Of a stretch of 64,000 nt of DNA, positions 56,807-64,000 are shown one piece after another (within the stretch, counting starts at the first letter, position 1; every line of letters starts with the position of its first letter). The notes under the pieces were generated by a model, which had not been told where the DNA came from, made no database searches, and saw only the letters and a program-made list of their open reading frames with translations. The position numbers were made by a program, and so were the translations under genes. Origin of the DNA: Polyangiaceae bacterium (lineage in GTDB: Bacteria; Myxococcota_A; Polyangia; Polyangiales; Polyangiaceae); the NCBI GenBank assembly GCA_044376115.1, contig JBILLK010000001.1, positions 451,873-515,872 of the forward strand. The letters are read 5' to 3'.

Positions 56807-58339
56807 TCAACTCTTGGCGGGACGACTCCGCAGCGCCTCAGCGGTTTTGCTACCCCCAATGGCGGCTGCAAGGATGCTCTGCCCTGGAAACGCTGTGTCC
56901 CCCACCAACCACACGTTGGGAAGTACGGTCTTCGGACCGAGGGAACGATAGTTACTTAAACCAACCCGCCGTGGTACCCCCCCAACATAGCCGTGAGGTC
57001 GCCCCACGAAGCGGGCAAAGGTTCGCGGGCTCGCGGTCATCTCGCGCACGGTCGCGCGTGCGAGCTCTGGGTAGGCCTCATCGAGCGTCTTACGCATTCT
57101 CGCTTGGACTTCAGCAACCATTGGCCCATCCGCCGGCATGGCTATATGTGTGGACGCGGTCATGGTTCGAAGACCTGGCCCGGCCTTCTCTTCATCCGCC
57201 GCGCTCAGCGAGCAAAAGACGTGGTAGCCCTGGGTAGGTGCATGATCCCCTGCAGCCGTAATGTCGACGTGGTGCGCGTCAGGCGAAATGAGCCCCTCAT
57301 CGCGCACCACCCGATAGAGCATTGCTGCACCACAACCGGTGCGTACTGCAGTATCGAGGGCCTGCAGCTCAGCGTTATGGGATAGAGGGATACCGAGCAG
57401 ATTGGCGGCCGCCTCGGGCAATAGATTGAGCACCAGGGAACGAGCCGTAACCGTCCCTCGACGCGTCATGAGCCTAAAGCCTTCCGCTTCACGGGCGACC
57501 TCACGTACGCGATCCGTGAAATGCACAGTGGCCCCAGCCGCCTCGACCGCTTGAGCCATAAGCCGAGCCAATACTCCTATCCCCCCTCGGACGTGACCTG
57601 TCCCGCGAAACGGATAGTCAATTGCGGCAAGCGCAAAGGACGCCTCAGCTTCATCCACCGTCGTTTGAACGGTGATTTGACATAGCGAATCGAGATAGCT
57701 CCATAAGCGTTTGGCACCTCGGAGGTCGTAAGCATCCAACATGCTCCCGAGACTCTGCCCCAACCAACGCAGCAGCGGTGCATAGCGGAGCGAGCTCCGA
57801 ACGTGCCGAAAGAACGCCGTAGCATCAAAGGGGATGAGCAAGCTCGGGTCCTCGAACAGGGACCAAAGCACTTTGGCTAGTTGCTCTTGCTGAGCAAAGA
57901 AGCGGCGTAGGTTCGGCGCGTGCGCGGGCTCGAGCTTCACCCACGTTTCGACAAAGGCTGCACGGTCAGCTGGTACGTCCAGCTGGAACTCTGGCGTTCG
58001 TATGTGCAGCACGGGATCGAGCAGGTGAACCGGGGCTCTCAGTCCGTAACGAGCAAGCGAGCGCTGGAAGTAGCCATCGTCGCCCAAGCCAGCGAACAGG
58101 GTGGCGCCCGATTCATACTCGGCTCCACCGCGACGAAAGGTGCTGGCGCAGCCGCCCGGGTAGGAAAGCGACTCGAACAGCGCGACCGAATAGCCCAACT
58201 CCGCTGCACGCAGAGCTGCGCCGAGACCGCCAAAACCAGCCCCCACGACGGCGACGTCCACCGTGCTGTGTTGAGCGGAGATTCTTGCTTGCTCTGTTGC
58301 CAGGGCCGGACTGTAGGGATCGTCGTGCAGTCTCGGCAA
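56807..58339 (-). CDS. Phytoene desaturase-family FAD oxidoreductase (CrtD/CrtISO-like)
   Basis: VGAGFGGL, PGGCASTF.R, ESGAT, GG.G.LA, SPRTF.RF, VGD..FPG. Confidence 0.85.
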   Translation of the reverse strand: MPRLHDDPYSPALATEQARISAQHSTVDVAVVGAGFGGLGAALRAAELGYSVALFESLSYPGGCASTFRRGGAEYESGATLFAGLGDDGYFQRSLARYGLRAPVHLLDPVLHIRTPEFQLDVPADRAAFVETWVKLEPAHAPNLRRFFAQQEQLAKVLWSLFEDPSLLIPFDATAFFRHVRSSLRYAPLLRWLGQSLGSMLDAYDLRGAKRLWSYLDSLCQITVQTTVDEAEASFALAAIDYPFRGTGHVRGGIGVLARLMAQAVEAAGATVHFTDRVREVAREAEGFRLMTRRGTVTARSLVLNLLPEAAANLLGIPLSHNAELQALDTAVRTGCGAAMLYRVVRDEGLISPDAHHVDITAAGDHAPTQGYHVFCSLSAADEEKAGPGLRTMTASTHIAMPADGPMVAEVQARMRKTLDEAYPELARATVREMTASPRTFARFVGRPHGYVGGVPRRVGLSNYRSLGPKTVLPNVWLVGDTAFPGQSILAAAIGGSKTAEALRSRPAKS

Positions 58340-58356
58340 GGCCTACTTGGTCAGGT

Positions 58357-60741
58357 TCAGCGAGTGAGGGTCCCGCTCGCATGGAGTTGTAACACTTCGG
58401 CCACTCGCTGATGAACCACGGCACGCTGCGCTAGGAACTCAGGCTTCGCCCTCAGCCGATCCAACGCTGGACACAGATCGACCCACGAAAGATCCGTGAG
58501 GCCGAGACGGTTGGCGTTGCGGAAGAGGGCAAGCGCAACTTCATCTTGGCCGAGCGCGACGCTCGTCTCCATACCGATTTGGTGGAAGAACAACGCGCGC
58601 CTTGACGCTCCTTCGGTGCGTTCGAGCTGACGGATCAACGCTTCTATTGCCCCCGGTTCTACCGTTACCGAGATCAACTGATCTAGAAAGTTAACGAAGC
58701 GCGGAACAGAGGTCTCAAGCGTTGCTCGCATTCGGGCAACGGCTGCGCGCGCGCCTTCGAACGATTGGCTGTCGCTAGTCCATAGCGCTACGCGAAGCTG
58801 CGTCACCTCTACCGAAAAAGTGCGGTCACCTTGAGCCCCAGCGGCAAGCGTCTTGGCAACGCTATCCCAACGGCCGAGCAACGCTTGAACCCGCGCAAGC
58901 TCCATCAGACCTGCGATCGAGCGCGGGTCGAGCTCAATGGCGATCTCGAGCGTTTGCTCCGCGTCCGCAAGCGGACCTGTCTCAGCCAAGATGCGGCCTT
59001 TGAGAAGGTGGGCGTCAACGAGGGAAGGCGCCCGTGCTAGGGCTTGCTGGGCGTAGCGATAGGACTCGGTCAGCCGGCCTTCTTGAAGTGCCACGGCGCC
59101 GGCAGCGATCAAGGCCTCACCTAACTCGGGGGCTAGCAGCAACGCTCGAATGGCCGCCTCCCGCGCTTCTGGAAGCCGCTCCACTTTGAAGAACGCACAC
59201 CGCGTAAGCGCCAACGCGTGCCCAGCCACCAGAATGGGTGAATTAGGCACTCGTTGCAGAGCCTGCGCGTAAAGAGACTCGGCCTCGTTGGCGCTCTCGT
59301 ACCAGAACTCACGAAAGCGACTGCGCGCACGCAGGTACAGCTCAACGGCGACGGGATCCTCGAGCTCCGTCTCGGCAGGAGCGGAGCCACCAGGGATCGC
59401 CCCCAATACAGCTTTTGCGATCGCGTCATTGACGCGTAGAACCTCACCCGACGAGCTCTCGAATCGCCGGGACCAAAGTTGAATACCGTCCGTGACGCTG
59501 ACCATTCGCACGGTGATGCAAAGCCGTGCCTCCTCCGCCCGGCGCAAGGATCCGTAGACGACAACGTCTACACCGAGATCACGTCCAATAGCGCGCGGGT
59601 CTCGATGAGCTCGCTCGGCCGTGGCGGCAGCGCCGTACGCTACAACCCGTACGCTCTTGGAAGCTGATAGCGAGTCGATCAAGTCTTCGGTAAGGCCGAC
59701 CGCTAGGTACTCATGCCCTTCCAACCCGCCGTCATTGAACGGCAGTACTGCAAGCTTGAGCGTGGCTGCGACAGGTGGTGTCGCCTTGCGCGGGAGCGAA
59801 GCTGGCGGAGCGCTAAGCGTCAATGCAGGGTCGGCCATTGCCGTTTGCAAGGCCTGCAGCAACTCGCTCGCTGAAGCGAAGCGACCGCTCGGTGCGCGGG
59901 AGAGGCAGCGATCAACCAGCCACACAAGACCACCAGGGACGTCTGCTGCAACATCAGCGAGCGAGGGCGCATTATTGGTTAGCCGAGCAGCGGCAACAGC
60001 AACTGCGTTTGTTCCGGCAAATGGCGGTCTACCACTCAGCAGCTCGAACAGGAGAACGCCGAAGGCGTAAACATCCGTGCGCGCGTCGGGAGGAGAAGAG
60101 CCGTCCACCTGCTCGGGCGCCATGTAGTCAGGCGTACCGATGAATACGGCGGCTGTCGCCTCTCCCCTTTCATCGTTCGAGGCGGCAATACCAAAGTCGG
60201 TAATCGCTATTCGCCCGTCTTTACCTAGTAGAACGTTGTCTGGCTTCAGATCGCGATGAATCACGCCTACCGCGTGCGCCGCGACGAGGCCCTCACACAC
60301 TGCAACTGCGATCTCGAGCGTGGCTCGTGCCGAGAGGGTCTTATTGCGGAGGAGCTTCTGCCGCAGCGACTCTCCTTCAACCAGCTCCATCGTAAAGAAG
60401 GGACGGCCTTCATCGTCACCAAACTCATAGAGCCGGGCGACGTTTCGATGGGTGACGCGACGAGCCAGCTTCACCTCGCGACGAAAGCGGTCGAGCTCTT
60501 CCGCGCTGACCGCGGTGGCCTTTAGCATCTTGAGGGCAACCACCTCGTCGAGCTCACGGTCACGCGCGCGGTAAACGGTGCCCATGCCTCCACTGCCCAC
60601 CAGGCCTTCAATCTCGAAGCGCCCTCCAAGCAATTGTGAGCGCAGCTGAACCTGTCCCTCGGCTTCGCTAGCACCATTGGAGTCGAGTGTGGCGCGCGGG
60701 TCTCCAAGTAGGGTAGCGGCAGACGCGGGATCCTCAGACAT
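58357..60741 (-). CDS. Ser/Thr protein kinase with TolB-like and TPR regions
   Basis: GSGGMG, VALK, HRDLKPDN, DFG, GTPDYMAPE; LAVLPF TolB-like segment; TPRs. Confidence 0.93.
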   Translation of the reverse strand: MSEDPASAATLLGDPRATLDSNGASEAEGQVQLRSQLLGGRFEIEGLVGSGGMGTVYRARDRELDEVVALKMLKATAVSAEELDRFRREVKLARRVTHRNVARLYEFGDDEGRPFFTMELVEGESLRQKLLRNKTLSARATLEIAVAVCEGLVAAHAVGVIHRDLKPDNVLLGKDGRIAITDFGIAASNDERGEATAAVFIGTPDYMAPEQVDGSSPPDARTDVYAFGVLLFELLSGRPPFAGTNAVAVAAARLTNNAPSLADVAADVPGGLVWLVDRCLSRAPSGRFASASELLQALQTAMADPALTLSAPPASLPRKATPPVAATLKLAVLPFNDGGLEGHEYLAVGLTEDLIDSLSASKSVRVVAYGAAATAERAHRDPRAIGRDLGVDVVVYGSLRRAEEARLCITVRMVSVTDGIQLWSRRFESSSGEVLRVNDAIAKAVLGAIPGGSAPAETELEDPVAVELYLRARSRFREFWYESANEAESLYAQALQRVPNSPILVAGHALALTRCAFFKVERLPEAREAAIRALLLAPELGEALIAAGAVALQEGRLTESYRYAQQALARAPSLVDAHLLKGRILAETGPLADAEQTLEIAIELDPRSIAGLMELARVQALLGRWDSVAKTLAAGAQGDRTFSVEVTQLRVALWTSDSQSFEGARAAVARMRATLETSVPRFVNFLDQLISVTVEPGAIEALIRQLERTEGASRRALFFHQIGMETSVALGQDEVALALFRNANRLGLTDLSWVDLCPALDRLRAKPEFLAQRAVVHQRVAEVLQLHASGTLTR

Positions 60742-60747
60742 GCGAGG

Positions 60748-61671
60748 TTAAGCCTCCGAATCTGGCTGGCTGCGCCGAAATAGCTTTGAAGCAAGCGTGA
60801 CCACGGCCACCAACACCCCGCCCGCTAGGACGCCGGTCAAGCCGTCCACCACGGTCGGCACGATGGGCGCGAGAGCGCCCGACTTCGCCGCCCAACCCTC
60901 CACCGCGTGATGCAGCGGAGGAATGCCATGCGCGAGAATGCCGCCACCCACAAGGAACATCGCAATCGTTCCCGCCAACGTGAGGCCCTTCATCAGACGA
61001 GGCGCACCCCACAGAAGAAACCGTCCCAATGCCTTTGCTGCGCCACCTCGTTTGCTGAGCGCCAGGCCTGCATCATCGAGCTTCACGATCCCCGCGACCA
61101 AACCGTAAACACCGACGGTCATGATCACGCCTACGGCGACCAACGCGGCAATGCGGGTGGTCATCGTCGCCTCCGCCATACTGCCGAGCGAGATCACGAT
61201 GATCTCAGCGCTCAGAATGAAGTCCGTACGGATGGCGCCTTTGATCTTTTCCTTCTCGAGCTCAACCAGATCAACCTCGGGGTTGATGACCGCTTCCGCC
61301 AGAGCCTGCTTCTCCTGTTGCAGCTCCTCTTTGGAATGGAGCAGTTTGTGAGCGACTTTCTCAAAGCCCTCGAAGCAGAGAAAGGCGCCGCCCAGCATCA
61401 GCAGCGGCGTGACGGCCCAGGGTGCAAGCGTGCCGAGCAGCAAAGCTGAGGGAACCAAGATCAGCTTGTTCTTCGCCGACCCTTTGGCGACGCCCCAAAC
61501 AACCGTAAGCTCACGATCGGCCTTTACGCCGGAGACCTGCTCCGCGTTCAACGCGAGATCGTCACCGAGTACGCCTGCTGTCTTCTTCGTCGCCACTTTG
61601 GTCATGGTGGCGACGTCGTCGAGGATGGACGCGATGTCGTCGAGTAGAGCGAAAAGACTGGTACCTGCCAC
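60748..61671 (-). CDS. DUF808-family inner membrane protein (YedI-like)
   Basis: SLFALLDDIA..LDDVA, KTAGVLGDDLALNA, GAIRTDFILSAEI, AMFLVGGGIL.HG. Confidence 0.92.
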   Translation of the reverse strand: MAGTSLFALLDDIASILDDVATMTKVATKKTAGVLGDDLALNAEQVSGVKADRELTVVWGVAKGSAKNKLILVPSALLLGTLAPWAVTPLLMLGGAFLCFEGFEKVAHKLLHSKEELQQEKQALAEAVINPEVDLVELEKEKIKGAIRTDFILSAEIIVISLGSMAEATMTTRIAALVAVGVIMTVGVYGLVAGIVKLDDAGLALSKRGGAAKALGRFLLWGAPRLMKGLTLAGTIAMFLVGGGILAHGIPPLHHAVEGWAAKSGALAPIVPTVVDGLTGVLAGGVLVAVVTLASKLFRRSQPDSEA

Positions 61672-61768
61672 GGGATCTCCGCCGCGAAGATAGCCGATCG
61701 CTGGCGTCTGGGGGCTGCGCAGTTGCACTCCCGAAGCGTTCACGGCATCGTCGGGCCTGGAGTACCGC

Positions 61769-63022
61769 ATGACCACACCTTGCAACGCGACCGGCGAAGG
61801 TCGAAGTCTCGTAAAAACGAGGCGAGTGAACGAAGTCGGTTCGCTTCACGAGCTGTTTGAGTCGTGTTTACCTGCCTTCGGCGGCGGCTATTTGAGGCGT
61901 TTCTACGCGATCCTCGACGAGGCCGTTGGCGCAGGCGTTCCGCTGACCCTCGCGGTTGCGGGGCCGGTCACCGTATCGGGCCAACATCAGGCATGGCTCA
62001 ATCCCTTGCTTGAGACGGGCTGGTTTGCCTACCTCTCGACCACCGACGCTGTTTGCTACCACGATGGCCATCGCAGTTTGGATGGGCATCGCGATGCTGT
62101 GCATGAGGTGCCGATCTTCGGAGATGACGGCGCGCTGCGAGATGACAAGACCATTCGCGTCACCGATATGGCCTTCGACGAGGACGTGCTGCTGGATCAG
62201 GACCGGCTGCTAACGGCAGCCCTTCAGCGCCCTGAGTTTCAACGCAAGATGACCGGCACCGAGCTGCGCTACCTGCTTGGAGGTCTCTACGCACAGCAAG
62301 AAGCCAAAAACGAGGCTCCCGAGGGGTTGCTTGCTCTTTGCAACCGTCTCTCGATACCGATCTTCGTCGGGGCGCCCGGGGATGGCTCGGTATTCCTCAA
62401 CTCAATGAAGTTGTGGGCCATGAAGCGCGCTGGGCTCTTGCCCCAATATGACTTCGATCTGGACCTGCATGGGGAGGTCTTCGAGGCTTGCGCTTATCAC
62501 TACTGGGGTCTCTTCGATACGCCAGGCCAAGCGCTGGGCACCGTCGTATTGGGCGGAGGCGTGCCAAAGAATTACAATCTTCAGCCTGAACCTGCGCTCG
62601 GTCAGGTGCTTGGCCTGCCCGATGTACGCGGATATCTCTTCGATGTGCAAATCGTGAGTGCGCCCATCACCGACGGGTCCCTCTCGGGGTGCCCGCCGGC
62701 AGAGGCGGTCACCTGGGGTAAAGTGGATAAGGACCACTACAAGAAGACGACCGAGAGCATGCAGGCCGATTACTCCATGCTGATGCCTTTCATCGTGCGC
62801 GCCCTGCTCGAGAATCGGGAACGCTACGCTACCTGGGCCGAGCGCATGGGAGAGGAGGCGCTATTCGCGAAGCACCCCAAGGCTCGTGGGTATCTGCGGC
62901 CCCGAGAGGGCTACCGCCTATTCGACAAGCGTGAAGCGCTGGTCGAGCGGCTCGTTGGGGAGGTGAAGAAGAATCAGGATTGGCTGCTCGAGACCCTAAG
63001 CTACCCATTGGCTGCTAAGTAG
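61769..63022 (+). CDS. Deoxyhypusine synthase-family protein
   Basis: PIFVGAPGDGS, LGGGVPKNY, DGSLSG...EAVTWGK (catalytic Lys). Start uncertain (may be GTG61826). Confidence 0.88.
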   Translation: MTTPCNATGEGRSLVKTRRVNEVGSLHELFESCLPAFGGGYLRRFYAILDEAVGAGVPLTLAVAGPVTVSGQHQAWLNPLLETGWFAYLSTTDAVCYHDGHRSLDGHRDAVHEVPIFGDDGALRDDKTIRVTDMAFDEDVLLDQDRLLTAALQRPEFQRKMTGTELRYLLGGLYAQQEAKNEAPEGLLALCNRLSIPIFVGAPGDGSVFLNSMKLWAMKRAGLLPQYDFDLDLHGEVFEACAYHYWGLFDTPGQALGTVVLGGGVPKNYNLQPEPALGQVLGLPDVRGYLFDVQIVSAPITDGSLSGCPPAEAVTWGKVDKDHYKKTTESMQADYSMLMPFIVRALLENRERYATWAERMGEEALFAKHPKARGYLRPREGYRLFDKREALVERLVGEVKKNQDWLLETLSYPLAAK

Positions 63023-63125
63023 TCTGACCAGCGCAGCGTACCTCGCGGGCTTCCCAAGCTACTTTGGGGAGCCCGCAGTCGCTTCCGGCATAGCCGCATG
63101 TCAGAGGCTCCACTATGCACGTTCG

Positions 63126-63878
63126 ATGGCGGGTCGATTCGTGGATTCTTGGGCTTCGGGCCTGTGTGCTTTTGCGCTGAGCTGCGTAACCGCAAGCGAC
63201 GCTGAGGTGGTCGTTCAACCACAGACGACCTCGCGCGTATCCAGCGCTCCTGCGCTCGATCTTACGACGATCGATATCGTGCTCAAGGACCGCCCAAAAG
63301 GATTCACTTTGGATGGCGATACAGGTGAGTGGGGTAACCTCGCTGCCATTCCCGAGCAGTCTGTGGAGCCACCCGTGACACAGCCGAGCGCCGAAAGTAC
63401 CTATCTATTGCCCAACTTCGGCGGGGACGATGCCGAGGCTGAGGCGCCTGCGACCATGGCGAAGCTGCCTTCAGCGTCACAATTGGCAGTTACGATCGAC
63501 CGCGAAGGATTGCTGATCGCAGGCCGCCTGAAGGGTGCTCCGCTGCGGGGGTTTCAGTTACAGCTTCAGTCAGCCGTACCCACGCTGCCCAGCGTCGGTA
63601 ACCAGTTTATGCCTACAGGCGTTGCAGCTGGCTTTGAGTGCAAGAACTCTTGGAGCTGGGGCAACGACGGTGAGGTGTTGCCAGGGCCGCCGCTTAGCGC
63701 GGCTGACGCGGCAGCATGTACAGCGAAGGAGCAAAAGGGGATCGCCTTCGCGCAGGCATTCTATCGCGAGTTCTCTCGTACACTGGTAGTTACCGCCAAC
63801 CAACCTCAGCTCCGTGGAGCGAACGGGGAACCGGTTGCTGGCGAAGTTCGATGGATCGGTGGCAGTGGTGAGCTGTAA
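63126..63878 (+). pseudogene. Lipoprotein gene, probably truncated by IS insertion
   Basis: FALSC lipobox and LDGD..EW (DOMON/CBM9-like) motif; its TAA stop is bases 2-4 of the GTAAGCG IS end. Confidence 0.55.
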
Positions 63879-64000
63879 GCGCTGCACGGACCCCGTATCG
63901 CAAGGCTCTTCAGCAAGCGCGAGACTCTCGGCATGGTTCGAACAAGGAGCAAGAGCGAGAAGCGCGCAGAGGTCGAGGCTTGGCGAGCGAGTGGAATCTC
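63875..64000 (+). mobile_element. IS66-family insertion sequence, left end (partial)
   Basis: Begins GTAAGCGCTGCACGGACCCC (IS66 termini start GTAA) and is followed by a TnpA-like ORF start. Confidence 0.7.
63933..64000 (+). CDS. tnpA: IS66 accessory protein TnpA-like, 5' fragment
   Basis: MVRTRSKSEKRAEVEAWRASGI..., matching the W..SG.s pattern of IS66 TnpA helix-turn-helix proteins; runs off the window. Confidence 0.6.
   Translation, partial: MVRTRSKSEKRAEVEAWRASGI

Overview
GC-rich, gene-dense bacterial chromosomal window of about 54 CDS. The many Gly-linker/Cys-rich lipoproteins, myxobacterial disulfide repeats, Hanks-type kinases, a MYXO-CTERM-like tail and sigma54 signalling point to a Myxococcota (Polyangiaceae-like) genome; this taxonomy is an inference. 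Recognisable functions include tyrosine catabolism (fahA-maiA-hppD, no hmgA), gmd, coaBC, uvrC, fdhD, YebC, AbgT, CDF, MFS, a TonB-dependent receptor, an M23 peptidase and a deoxyhypusine-synthase-like gene. I saw no rRNA, tRNA or CRISPR array. Highlights: (1) a eukaryote-type protein arginine methyltransferase (PRMT) fold with an extra N-terminal winged-helix/RRE-like region; (2) a putative sterol/lipid-tailoring neighbourhood with an SDR, an FMO and two Rieske oxygenases, one Neverland/KshA-like; (3) a self-contained sigma54 circuit with a visible -24/-12 promoter and tandem enhancer palindromes; (4) a membrane-anchored tri-heme cytochrome with a MYXO-CTERM-like tail; (5) widespread apparently leaderless gene starts; (6) an IS66-like left end that truncates the last gene. 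A partial FGE/SUMF1 gene at the left edge is missing from the supplied ORF track. All calls come from reading motifs by eye; no database searches were run.
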